Assembly: GCA_031763465.1 (NCBI GenBank)
Contig: JARFOE010000233.1
Location: 960,733-1,009,147, forward strand
Length of the DNA: 48,415 nucleotides
Direction: 5' to 3'
DNA from: Squatina squatina
Lineage: Eukaryota
The stretch's first letter is position 1. Each line of letters starts with the position of its first letter. The translations under genes were made by a program, and so were the position numbers. Positions 12,921-24,552 of this stretch are shown one piece after another. The notes below the pieces were generated by a model that saw nothing but the letters and a program-made list of their open reading frames with translations, did not search any database and had not been told where the DNA came from.

Positions 12921-13612
12921 ATATGGACTTTCAAAAGGCATTTGATGAAGTACCACATAATAGATTTGTTAGCAAAATTGAAGCCAATAGGATTAAAGGT
13001 GCAGTGTCTGTGTGGATACGAAATGGGTTAAGGGACAGAAAGCAGAGGATAATGGTGAACAGTTATGTTTCAGACTGGAGGGAAGTATACGGTGGTGTCC
13101 CCCAGGGGTCGGTGTTGGGGACCACTGCTCTTTTTGATACATATTAAGGACTTGGGTATGCAGGGCATAATTTCAAAGTCTGCAAGATGAAGCAAAACTT
13201 GGAAATGTAGCAAACAATGAGGATAATAACAGACTGATGAAATGGGCAGTCACATGGCAGATGAAATTTAACGCAGAGGAGTGTGAAGTGATACGTTTTG
13301 GGAGAAAGAATAAGGAGAGGCAATATGAAGTGAATCAGAATAGTACAGCACAAATGATACAATTTTAAAGGGAGTGTAGGAACAGAGACGTGGGGTTGTA
13401 GAAGTCTTTGAAGGTGGCAGGATAAGTTGAGAAGACTATTAAAAAAGCATTCTGGATCCTTGGCCCTATAAATAGAGGCACAGAGTACAAAAGGCAGTGT
13501 ACAAATTATGCTAAACTTTTAGAAAACACTGGTTAGGCCCCAGCTGGAGTATTGTGGCCAATTCTGGGCACCACACTTTATGAAGGATATCAAAGCCTCA
13601 GAGAGGGTGCAG
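12921..13612 (+). mobile_element. CR1 LINE reverse transcriptase fragment (degenerate)
   Basis: MDFQKAFDEVPH and GVPQGSVLG RT motifs, later LVRPQLEYC-type sequence. Frameshifts and stops present. Confidence 0.9.
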
Positions 13613-14476
13613 NNNNNNNNNNNNNNNNNNNNNNNNNNNNNNNNNNNNNNNNNNNNNNNNNNNNNNNNNNNNNNNNNNNNNNNNNNNNNNNNNNNNNNNN
13701 NNNNNNNNNNNNNNNNNNNNNNNNNNNNNNNNNNNNNNNNNNNNNNNNNNNNNNNNNNNNNNNNNNNNNNNNNNNNNNNNNNNNNNNNNNNNNNNNNNNN
13801 NNNNNNNNNNNNNNNNNNNNNNNNNNNNNNNNNNNNNNNNNNNNNNNNNNNNNNNNNNNNNNNNNNNNNNNNNNNNNNNNNNNNNNNNNNNNNNNNNNNN
13901 NNNNNNNNNNNNNNNNNNNNNNNNNNNNNNNNNNNNNNNNNNNNNNNNNNNNNNNNNNNNNNNNNNNNNNNNNNNNNNNNNNNNNNNNNNNNNNNNNNNN
14001 NNNNNNNNNNNNNNNNNNNNNNNNNNNNNNNNNNNNNNNNNNNNNNNNNNNNNNNNNNNNNNNNNNNNNNNNNNNNNNNNNNNNNNNNNNNNNNNNNNNN
14101 NNNNNNNNNNNNNNNNNNNNNNNNNNNNNNNNNNNNNNNNNNNNNNNNNNNNNNNNNNNNNNNNNNNNNNNNNNNNNNNNNNNNNNNNNNNNNNNNNNNN
14201 NNNNNNNNNNNNNNNNNNNNNNNNNNNNNNNNNNNNNNNNNNNNNNNNNNNNNNNNNNNNNNNNNNNNNNNNNNNNNNNNNNNNNNNNNNNNNNNNNNNN
14301 NNNNNNNNNNNNNNNNNNNNNNNNNNNNNNNNNNNNNNNNNNNNNNNNNNNNNNNNNNNNNNNNNNNNNNNNNNNNNNNNNNNNNNNNNNNNNNNNNNNN
14401 NNNNNNNNNNNNNNNNNNNNNNNNNNNNNNNNNNNNNNNNNNNNNNNNNNNNNNNNNNNNNNNNNNNNNNNNNNNN

Positions 14477-14630
14477 TACTCACTTTCAAAAAGGAATAAT
14501 ACTTGAAGGGGAAAAATGTGCAGGGCTATGGTGAAATGGCAGGGGAGTGGGACTAATTGGATTACTCTTTCAAAGACAACTGGCACAAGCAGTATGGGCA
14601 GCAAAGCCTCTTTCTGTGCTGCATCATTCC
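14477..14630 (+). mobile_element. CR1 LINE 3' end, probably the same element as 12921-13612 across the 864-N gap
   Basis: gcagggctatggtgaaatggcaggggagtgggactaattgga...gcctctttctgtgctg is a CR1 3' UTR pattern. Confidence 0.7.
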
Positions 14631-14854
14631 AGAACTCTAACATAACTATTTGATGCAAATAAAATTTTTGAAAACTAAAACCATATTTAGCCATTAGTTT
14701 CCATGGCATTTTTCTGCTTTGTTGACCTTAAATATTTTCAGCAGTGTAACAAGATATGTCAGGAAACTCAAAAGAAACAGAGACTGACAATGCGAGCATA
14801 ATTTGCAGCTCTGTCATTTTGTGGGGTAGAATAAAGTACATTAAAATAATGTAA

Positions 14855-14960
14855 TTTCCTGCATTACAACATTGGCTACACTTCAAAAGTACTTCATTAA
14901 CTGAAGCGCACTGGGACGTCCAGTGGTTGTGAAAGGCGCTTATATAAATGCAAGTCTTTC
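14855..14960 (+). mobile_element. DeuSINE-like SINE 3' tail
   Basis: Reverse complement of the 2792-2883 and 17965-18055 tails. Ends aaaggcgcttatataaatgcaagtctttc. Confidence 0.7.
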
Positions 14961-14981
14961 TATTGTGTTGGATAATGGTAC

Positions 14982-15131
14982 CTGAAAAAGGTATCTTGCA
15001 GCTGATGAGGTAGTGCTGCAAAATCAAATGCACAGAATGATTGAGGAAACATCACTTCCATGTTTTTCTTCACTTCCACTGGAGGATTCGTCATGATTGG
15101 GGCTGCAGTACCAAAAAACGGGTAGGAGTAC
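14982..15131 (-). CDS. CEP120: CEP120 exon ([51 protein letters not shown])
   Basis: Near-identical to the recalled CEP120 C2C motif [26 protein letters not shown]. cag acceptor, gtacca donor, 150 nt, phase compatible with the 12042-12224 exon. Confidence 0.95.
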
Positions 15132-15614
15132 CTGATCAGCAAATTGAATGAAAAAAGTGCTCAACATAGTTAGGACACCATGATATCTTCACTGGAAAAG
15201 AAGTAAAGTTGCGTCGAGAGATTCCTCAACTGAACGAGAACATTTTTAGACTTGGTTCAACATTTTATTTAATCTGAGAACATACACACTACATGGTGTA
15301 AAGCACAGTTTAGCCATGGACTGTTTAAGNNNNNNNNNNNNNNNNNNNNNNNNNNNNNNNNNNNNNNNNNNNNNNNNNNNNNNNNNNNNNNNNNNNNNNN
15401 NNNNNNNNNNNNNNNNNNNNNNNNNNNNNTATAATATTTTGAAAGCGTATATCTTAATGGACCCGCAGAATTACAATCCACAGAAAAGATCCAAAGAAAC
15501 TATTATTGCTATTTTTACAAGTTTAGAGTAATCAAAGTTTGACCAAAAACAATAACAAAGAAACTTGTACTATCAAAAATTAAATTGAAAATTGTACTGT
15601 CAAACAATAACTAC

Positions 15615-15839
15615 CTGAGAATTTATTCCTTCTTTCCGAAGAGTTACTGACACTCCCACAGTAGGAGACAACTCAAGTGGCAGAGGAGGAACCTTTTGTT
15701 TTGCTTTGTTAGGTGGCACCAAAGTAAATGCTCCTTCAACTGCTACAGGATGCTGATCTATTTCTTGGTCTCCTTTTAATAATGCTGCAAATGAGATCTC
15801 TGTGCTGCCCAAGGACCTGTCTCCACAGCACAAATGAAT
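15615..15839 (-). CDS. CEP120: CEP120 exon, end of second C2 domain ([16 protein letters not shown]...[17 protein letters not shown])
   Basis: Matches recalled CEP120 IHLCCGDQSLGSTEIP...HPVTVEGAF...PTVGVSVAL. cag acceptor, gtagtt donor, 225 nt, phase 0/0. Confidence 0.95.
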
Positions 15840-16893
15840 CTGAGTTTAAAAGAAAAGACCAACTTCAATATCAATGAAGGCATTTAAATTCACCATCCAG
15901 AGACATTACGACACAGTACACACTTTCAAATCACATGTTTAAAATAATAGCTCAATTATCATCCCCTGCAATCATAAGCCAACAATAGGAGGCAATTTGT
16001 CAACTGAATGGATGAGACAGCTCCACAAAAAATTAATCCCCCACAAAATATCTTGTTAATTTCTCACTAATAAAATTACTTGCTAAAATTGCAAAAATAA
16101 GCCATTATGAAAATAAAGCATTCCACACTATTTTGTGCGCTAAGTAATTTTGATAAACATTTTGCTAAAGAATAGTTTGGGGAAGTAATTCTGTGAGTAG
16201 CCAATACCAAAACAGATTTGGAAGGCTCCAGGTTCAATCCTCAGTCTAAGCANNNNNNNNNNNNNNNNNNNNNNNNNNNNNNNNNNNNNNNNNNNNNNNN
16301 NNNNNNNNNNNNNNNNNNNNNNNNNNNNNNNNNNNNNNNNNNNNNNNNNNNNATGTTGCATTCATAGAAGTGAGATTTGAAGGAACTGCTTGAAAGGAGG
16401 AAGAAATGTGGTCCTTTTGTAATGTCGATGCGTGCTTGCTGATTTGGCATTCAGTGCAGTGGTCTGCAAAGAATTGAAGACAAATTAATTTTTAAAATCC
16501 AGATTTGATTATGTATTAATTTCCATTTACTGCAAACATTTGTTAAATTTTAGTTTTTATTTTGGTGTGTGCATGGAGAAGATTCTTGCCTGCTTCAGAA
16601 AGAACATTGGTCACCCAAGTCAGATAACTTGATATTCTTGCTGAAGGCAGGGTATATTGAATGCTTTGTTCTTTTGAGGACAAGTCAACTGCTGTATTAG
16701 TTTTGATCTTTGGCAGTTAGTGAGCCTGTTTCTGCTCTTGGGGAAAAGTATGTGGTGCTCTGCCTGCAGTAAGTTGCTGATGGTGTCGATGTTCATGTCT
16801 GGTGTCTCCCACTGGTCTGTTTGCCTCCCACTTTCAAATAACAAAGCGACAGCAGTGAATGATTTAATAACTTATTTATATTTTACTTTGCAG

Positions 16894-17152
16894 GTCTTCA
16901 ACAATTGAGTGTACCATTAGTTGGGACGATCATCTTGCACAAATGGTGGAATTTGTTTATTATTGTTGTCGCTACCAAGGAAGCTTTTGCGAATGGGATG
17001 AAAATAATGATTTTTGAATACTCTGCCAGTAATTGAACAACTTGAGCTGCTACGCTGATTTTATTCCAGATGATGCTTCCGCTGTGGAACTATACAGTCT
17101 GAAAGTGCATAACCGAGTACATACAGAAAATTGCCATAAACACGAACTCATT
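16894..17152 (+). other. CSNK1G3: 5'UTR part of the first coding exon of CSNK1G3, with four upstream ORFs
   Basis: Acceptor ttttactttgcag ends at 16893. Upstream ATG-started ORFs at 16943, 16993, 16998 and 17070. Confidence 0.7.
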
Positions 17153-17309
17153 ATGGAGAAAACTAAAGATAAAGATAAAATGGAAGAAAGATCTAGAATG
17201 GCAAGGAGTGGTGGACGAAGTGCCCACAATTCTGGTGTTTTAATGGTTGGACCCAACTTCAGGGTTGGAAAAAAGATAGGATGTGGCAATTTTGGAGAAC
17301 TTAGATTAG
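17153..17309 (+). CDS. CSNK1G3: CSNK1G3 first coding exon (MEKTKDKDK...[26 protein letters not shown])
   Basis: CK1-gamma signature [21 protein letters not shown] (glycine-rich loop). G|gtaaga donor. N-terminus resembles gamma-3 and synteny with CEP120 agrees. Confidence 0.95.
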
Positions 17310-17964
17310 GTAAGACAGTCTTGCATTACACAGTTTTTCGATTATATCGTATAAAAATCTGAATTTCTAGCATTTATTTAAATGTTGTAATTACTTGGAC
17401 TTCCAGTTTTCCAGATCACTTAAGTGTATCCAATTTTGTTTAATGAAAATTGGTTGAAAATTGTAAGATGATCACATCTGCTAAAGTAGTTGGATTGACC
17501 ACATTCAAGTTTTTGTCTTTTTGACAAAATGTGGCTTTTTATTTTGTGTCTTTTCTGATGTTACAACTTAATCCCAGTGTGTTAAAGGATATGTGTAGGT
17601 TCGAATGTGTATCCGTGATAAAATATGTTTTCTGCATTGATAAAAGATGATCTGTTTCTTTGCAAATAGGGGCTCTAATGATGTAGGTCAAAAGCTTTAG
17701 CATGGGAAACCCATCCTGAACTTGGAGCTTAGACAAGAATTAGTCAAAGGAAAATTGCCTGCACTGTGTTGCGTGAGTTAGTAAAATCATTCCATGCAAA
17801 CTGGATTAGTGAAATGTTTCTTTCTGGTTTTCAAGGGCTTGAAGCAAATTGAGCCTGAGCAATCTTCATCCAGCTGAGTGAGCAGAAAACTGTCCCAGAT
17901 TATCTCTTGCTAGCACTGCTTGTCCAGTCTTAGAAAATGGAGTGTCTGGATGAAACAAAGACTA

Positions 17965-18400
17965 ACATTTACATTGACCTCGGGGTGTTCTAAAGCGCTA
18001 TACAGCCAATTAAGCACTCTTTGAAGTGTATTCACTGTTGTAGTGTAGGAAATGTGGCAGCCAATTTGCGTACAGCAAAGTACCATAATCAGCAATGTGA
18101 TAATGACCAGATAATCTGTTTTAATGATGATGGTTCAGGGATAAATATTGCCCAGGACTTCGAGGGAAAACTCCACTGCTCTTCTTTGAAATGCTGCCAT
18201 TGGATCTTTTCCGTCCATCTAAGCGGACAGACAGGGCCTCGTCTTAACGTCCCATTCAAAAGACAGCACCTCCGACAGTGCAGCACTCCTTCAGTATTGC
18301 ATTGGAGTGTCAGCCTAGACTTTGTACTCAAGTCTCTGGAATGGGACTTGAACCCACAACCTTCTCTGAGATGAGAGTGCTACCACTGAGCCATTGCTGA
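17965..18400 (-). mobile_element. Near full-length tRNA-derived DeuSINE (SacSINE1-like)
   Basis: Minus-strand Pol III A box TGGCTCAGTGG (18383-18393) and B box GGTTCAAGTCC (18344-18354). Deu-domain-like tgcagcactccttcagtattgcattggagtgtcagcct. L2-like tail. Confidence 0.8.
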
Positions 18401-19497
18401 ACTGTGTCCCTTGGGCCATACCTGGCCCAGGTGCTCTGGAAATCTGGTCCTCAAGTTCAAGCACCTTTTTGCCTTTGTATATTTCTTTTGGTTTATCCTG
18501 TTTAAATGTTGTGGGTTTGGCATTTAGAATGGGCTGTTCTTAGTGTTGCCTTGTTGGGGGATAAATCCTAAATCAGAATACCATGATCTGCTAATATCCT
18601 CCAATTAAGATATATTCAGACTATTAGTATTGGGAGCATTAATTTAAACTTAAGGTGTCCAGTCATACGGTGGTGGGGGCAGGTAACCAGGTAGCCTATA
18701 GGGTAGCACAGTGTCCTTCGAGAGCTTGATTTTTCAATTGAACCTATACTGATGGAATNNNNNNNNNNNNNNNNNNNNNNNNNNNNNNNNNNNNNNNNNN
18801 NNNNNNNNNNNNNNNNNNNNNNNNNNNNNNNNNNNNNNNNNNNNNNNNNNNNNNNNNNCAGGTCAGTGTTGGTAGGGTGCTCTTATCCCTACAAGATGTA
18901 TAATTTGCACACAATAATATGCAGCATTGAACCAAGCATCTGAAATTTATATTTTGGTTCAAGCGAGGTGACTGATTTAATCCAAATATCCAAACTGTGC
19001 CAGGAGATCCAATTAGAACTGTATTTTGTGCCCACTCTGTCAACTTAGCGCATTCAACATTTGTTTTGAATTTCAGAATTTCACCCGAACTCTACCCATC
19101 TCAATGTCCCTTTAAGAGATACAGTTTTGAAGATGGTTTGCTCATTTATAAAGTTGTCAAAAAAAAACAAGGCCTTGAGTACAAAACCTTTACCCTATTT
19201 CACAACAGCCACATTGAACAGCAGGAAAGCATAAACAATTCCATGTACTGATGTGTCTATTCTGAGGTTGAACATAGCAGCATTGACTGTAACAACAACA
19301 ACTTACCTTTTATAGCGCACCTTTATCGTATTAAAATGTCCCAGGATACTAAGCATTTTATAAGTCCCTGCATTTCATTGTGTGAAGTGCTCTGAGACTC
19401 ATTGATGCAACAAGGTGCAATATAAATGCAAATATTATCCATATTTACTATAATGCCCCTTGCATGTTTAAACTAACGTATTTTTTTTTAAATTTAG

Positions 19498-19567
19498 GAA
19501 CCTATGAAGTCCAGAGCACCACAACTTCACTTGGAATATAGGTTCTACAAACAGCTGGGATCTGGAG
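19498..19567 (+). CDS. CSNK1G3: CSNK1G3 exon 4 ([23 protein letters not shown])
   Basis: Branch-point-like actaac, T tract, tttag acceptor, 70 nt, G|gtaaat donor. Peptide matches CK1-gamma-3. Confidence 0.95.
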
Positions 19568-22500
19568 GTAAATGTAGATATAATACTCTAATCTTCACAA
19601 AATATTGCTAATTTGTTAATGAACGTTCATGAAGAGTCTCTGACTTTTTTGTTGAAAATTGTGGTGACTACTGTATGTGTGATTTGATGAGAGGTAATTA
19701 TAAGGTTTGTTTTAATCTGAATTGTGCTTGAAGAGCAGTTGCTCAACAGAGTCAGAGTTGTAGTTTCATTTTTTTTAAAAATGGCTCTTCACAGACTGAT
19801 TATGAGAATTACAAATAGTTTTGTACAAGTGACAGAAATAAAAATGATACTGAATTTCTGTAAAACAGTCTAAACTTATTTAAATAATTTAACCCAAAGG
19901 ATGTGAAAAAAATGGAGAGAAAAATGCAGCGTATTAAACCACAAGGGTTCTTGTATATGTGTGAAAGACGCCCAACCCAAGTACAACAGCTGCGAACATG
20001 TCTGGACAGGTTTCCATAGCTCATAATTGTGTGGTATTCTCTTTCATTTCTGTGTGGGATTCTATTTTAAAGGCATTCTGTATTTTAAACATTGCTTACT
20101 GCAATGAAAATCATCCGTTGTGTCCATGGAATAAATCTAAAGCCTAAAATGCCATCTTTGNNNNNNNNNNNNNNNNNNNNNNNNNNNNNNNNNNNNNNNN
20201 NNNNNNNNNNNNNNNNNNNNNNNNNNNNNNNNNNNNNNNNNNNNNNNNNNNNNNNNNNNNTTTGGGTGCCCAGCTAAGCATGATGGTATTTCTGTCGAAG
20301 GCGGAGAACTGTAAAAGTTGCCTGATTAACAGCACTGGGCTGTTGCTCCCGAACGGCAAGTACAGAACGGTCAGGTTCTTCTTACAAGCAGCTGTGGTTG
20401 CAAGTCTGATGTGTAGTAAAAATGTCCTTTGCAGATTATACTTCTGTGGTGCATCATGAGAGGCATAACTGGAGAACTATTTTGCAGGGGTGCAATATGT
20501 TTAATTGTGTTCGGAGTCATTTTTGCCCTTACAAAAAAATAAATATGCTCCATGTTATTTCAGTTGATGCAGTGAAATGGTACGGTGACAGTTCCATCTT
20601 GTGACTTCAAACAGCAACCTTGATGCAAATAGGCAGCCATTGTACAAATTTGGAGCCCTTCCTGGGGCAAGTCTGGGGTGAGATAGTTGAACTAAATGGT
20701 GTGTTTGATTTAGTTTGCAATGCAATGTTGGGATTAATGTGTGTATCAAACTGCCAATAGTGTAATTGTTCACACTGAATGGGTTATTCAGAGTACCTGT
20801 GCTTCTATGTATACTGTTCATAACACATTTAAGACTATTGAGTACTGATTGCAGGTTTATATACACAGATCTGATAAATCCCGACAGTTTCTGGGGACTG
20901 TACATAAGCTGTTCTTGCAAGCTTGCCTTTGTTCCTTTTTCCTCCTTGCTATCCTGTTTGACACAGGCTTTATGAAAATGAGAAGCCAGTCGAATAATTT
21001 CTGGTGGAAAAACCAAGTCCCCAACCTGAATGGTCTTCAGGTTAATTTGTTAGAAATAACAATTGCCGTGTTGAAAATACAAAGCACCTTTTTAACAAAT
21101 TGGGTATCCTAACACGTGAATTATGTTGCAGCTGGATCATGNNNNNNNNNNTTACTTAAATAGCCCCTTCACTCACAGCTGTTGTCTTAATTTTGGCATA
21201 AAGAATCTCCTTGTCCTTTTGTCAATTGCACTGGCATTCTACGTCTCTACTGACTGTACAAAGTCAGACTGACATTTGTTTCAAAAAGATTTTCCTTGTG
21301 GCGATTTTGGGCAAGTCTGTTGTGGGCTAAGTGGTTTGTGTTGGAGTTGAAATGATTGCACACCAGATTGTGAAATTAATTTCTTGGAGCTGAGGCAGCC
21401 ATTGTTTATGAATGGACCATTATTATATTATTTTATATGGTCATAAAGCAATGAAATACAGGGTTGCAGTTTGGAGTAGAGTGTTCTGTTCAAACCATTT
21501 GGCTGTTATAATTTGTTTCTTTTTCCTCTCTTTGTTGCATCTGCTTTCTGTGCCTTCAAGCTTTTGTTGTATCATTTCTTTAAAAATGTTTTAACGCATA
21601 GATTGAAAAGAAAGACTTTAGTGTGGTTCCCTGTTGTCGTGTGCATAGTTAACCCAGCATGTCAATTTTAAGTAATGTACCNNNNNNNNNNNNNNNNNNN
21701 NNNNNNNNNNNNNNNNNNNNNNNNNNNNNNNNNNNNNNNNNNNNNNNNNNNNNNNNNNNNNNNNNNNNNNNNNNNNNNNNNATAGTATTCCTAGGAGCTA
21801 TGCAGCTTTCATTTCAAGTTTGCAGAATTGTAATGCATTGTATGTATGGGACATTTTATTATACAATCTGTAATAATGCACAATAAAAGAGAAATACTAC
21901 AAGAATCATTTCATTCATACCACTCCAAGCAAAATGCAAGTATTATATGATTTTAAAAAAGAACAATCATTCCACACTACCATTTATTTATTTTAAAGTA
22001 GCTTTTAAATCTTCCAACTATTTGCAACAGATGCTGAAGGAGAGGTCCCAGTGAATAAAGGAAACAAATCCCTCCCACCCCTGTGCCCCCACTTCCGAGG
22101 TTGCTGGTGCTCCATGGGGATTCAGTAGCCTTTTGACCAGCTGCTGTCACCAGAGATTCTAGCCCCCAATCCCCGATGTTCCCAGGACAATATGCATTGG
22201 AGTATGCTAATATAATGTTAATGAGCTGATTTGACATTAAGAGACAGATGTGGCACTGCACTGACAGATTGCATAATCAGCTCCGATGTGTCTTTTTTAA
22301 AAATGTGTGCTTTCCTGTAAATAATCAAACATACAAAAATTAACAAACTATACTTTCACAAAACCTCAAAGCTTTGTGGCACTTAAAAGAATGGCAGTGC
22401 TCCCCTTCCTGCTACTTAAAGGCTCATTCCTTCAGAAACAATTCTGCCACATCACTCTTACTGTGACCAATAAAATGTGAGCAGAATTAGCAAATCTCTG

Positions 22501-22575
22501 TCTTCTATTACATCCCTCTCCCATTCTGACTACTGCAATGTGGGGCAACAATGTATGTGATGGTCTTCGGACCTG

Positions 22576-22876
22576 AATTTTACACAAGTGAAGGGGAGGG
22601 AATTTTAACTTTTGGTGATAGTATAAATGATTGGCTGCCCAATTATACACCCCTCCCGATTTTCAATTCCATTAACTTCAATGTAACCACTAATCGGGAG
22701 AGGCGTACAATCGGGAGGTGTATGCCAGGCAGCCAATCTGATATTGCCCCATTTCCAATTATCTCCAAAATTTAAAATTTTACCCCAAGAGGTGGCAATT
22801 AAGTTGGAACCTGTAAAGTCCAGAGCACCCTAACTTCACTTGAAATAGAGGTTCTGGAAACAACTGGCAACTGGAG
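22576..22876 (+). pseudogene. Intron-less decayed copy of CSNK1G3 exons 3-4 (retrocopy fragment), interrupted by a MITE and fused to exon 5
   Basis: After removing the MITE and one AAG copy it reads YTSEEVAIKL|[21 protein letters not shown], crossing exon junctions without introns. 22807-22876 matches real exon 4 at 59/70 nt. Stops at 22831 and 22846. Confidence 0.85.
22594..22786. mobile_element. Foldback MITE, PIF/Harbinger-like, with 3-bp TSD AAG
   Basis: Inverted ends gggagggaattttaacttttggtgata / tatctccaaaatttaaaattttacccc. Inner arms gattggctgcc / ggcagccaatc. Central ccattaacttcaatg. AAG at 22591-22593 and 22787-22789. Confidence 0.8.
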
Positions 22877-23025
22877 ATGGAATCTTTCAGGATTATTACT
22901 TTGGTCCATGTGGAAAATACAATGCCATGGTGCTTGAATTACTGGGACCTAGCTTGGAAGATTTATTCGACCTTTGTGACAGAACCTTTTCCCTTAAGAC
23001 CGTGCTTATGATAGCTATACAGCTA
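22877..23025 (+). CDS. CSNK1G3: CSNK1G3 exon 5 ([50 protein letters not shown]), 5' end anomalous
   Basis: 149 nt, CK1 [10 protein letters not shown] motif, gtaagt donor. There is no normal intronic acceptor upstream, and the usual DGIPQV reads DGIFQD. Confidence 0.75.
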
Positions 23026-23738
23026 GTAAGTATTCCAGTTCTCAAGTTTCACTGAAAAGAACCGTATTATTCTGTTATGAATGGACATTCAGTATAATTT
23101 TTATAAATTACAAATTTGCTTCTAAATTTCCTGTTTTGTGCTATGTTAAAGTGCAGACTAACTCATGAGTATTACTTTTGGCAATTCTCTGGTATTGCAG
23201 CTTAGATTGTTTTTTCTCATCAGTAGCATTTGCCAGTCATGTTTTGGGGTAAAATTGCTTTCTTCCTGACTTCAAAGTTGGCTTTTGATATGAATTAAGA
23301 GCTGGTCTTGAGATAGGCCTAACGCCTGATGACAAAACTTTGATGGAAAGAACCATATGAAGCTGGTAATTTAATATTACCAGGTATATGAACTGAATTT
23401 AGGCATCCCTCTGAATAAGCTCCAAGAGATTTCAATTCTGAACCAGCCATCTAGCTACAATGTAAGATGTCCACAGAGCCTGCAAAGTAAACATGTTATT
23501 GGAGATAACTGAAACAAAATGCTGGTAGAATCGTGGAACATAACCAGACCTTTGCATTGTTTTATACTAGCTTATACCCAGTTCAAGTTTATATGTTGTG
23601 GAGTAGTTTGTAGACTAACATCAATTTGATCTGCNNNNNNNNNNNNNNNNNNNNNNNNNNNNNNNNNNNNNNNNNNNNNNNNNNNNNNNNNNNNNNNNNN
23701 NNNNNNNNNNNNNNNNNNNNNNNNNNNNNNNNNNGGTG

Positions 23739-23866
23739 CGAGGATGACTTGCTTCCACTCCGGGGTTGTGGGTTCTGAGGTGGCTGAAAAGTCCGATGTG
23801 GGATCCGCAAATACAGCTGCAGGTGGGGCAGGTAGTGCTTGATGAGGCGAGTGGCTGGGATGCTCG
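23739..23866 (-). mobile_element. RTE LINE 3' fragment, same family as 12390-12920
   Basis: Reverse complement aligns to about 12765-12890 (cgagcatccc...ggagtggaagcaagtcatcctc). Confidence 0.8.
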
Positions 23867-24058
23867 CTAACAAGCCTGTTTCATTAAACATACCAGGCCA
23901 TTTGTGATGCTATGAGCATTTGGAGGTGGTGTTGAATGAGCCCCAAGTGTTTTGGTATCAGTACTTTTTCCTCTACAGGAGTATGTTAGCTTACTTAGCC
24001 TTCATTAACAATATATGGTAACTTTTTCCTTTCTTTCCTTACTTCCTCCTTCCAAAAG

Positions 24059-24293
24059 ATTTCCCGAATGGAGTACGTCCACTCAAAGAACTTGATATAC
24101 AGAGATGTAAAGCCAGAGAACTTCTTGGTGGGACGACCGGGGAGCAAAAACCAGAATGTAATTCACATAATAGATTTTGGCCTTGCTAAAGAATACATAG
24201 ACCCAGAGACAAAAAAGCACATCCCTTACAGAGAACACAAGAGCCTTACTGGAACGGCCAGATATATGAGCATAAATACGCATTTAGGAAAAG
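24059..24293 (+). CDS. CSNK1G3: CSNK1G3 exon 6, catalytic core ([23 protein letters not shown]...[10 protein letters not shown]...[17 protein letters not shown])
   Basis: YRDVKPEN catalytic loop, DFG and the CK1 SIN motif. 235 nt, GC donor AAG|gcaagt. Confidence 0.97.
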
Positions 24294-24552
24294 GCAAGTG
24301 ACTTCTATTGTTTGGCTTCAATTGCAATGGTTGTTTATGACATAATAACTGGCATTTATTGTTTTAAAAAGTTATTACAGTGGGTTTAACTAGAATTGTG
24401 TGTGTTCGATTTAAAACATATAATTAAGTTAAGAGATAAATTATTACTTGTCCTTCATACTTTATACTTTGTTAAACATATATTGAGATAAATGCACATT
24501 TGGACAAGGTATTGAAACTGCATAAACTGGCACAGGTAAGCTAAGAATTACA

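Noticed and set aside
13519-14709. ORFs of 299-396 aa
   Set aside because: Artefacts of reading through the 864-N gap.
17033-17152. 40-codon in-frame extension upstream of the CSNK1G3 ATG from a TTG start
   Set aside because: No ATG in frame and no recognisable homology. Treated as 5'UTR, though non-AUG initiation cannot be excluded.
18340-18400. tRNA-like A and B boxes
   Set aside because: These are the head of a SINE. No cloverleaf or tRNA 3' end follows.
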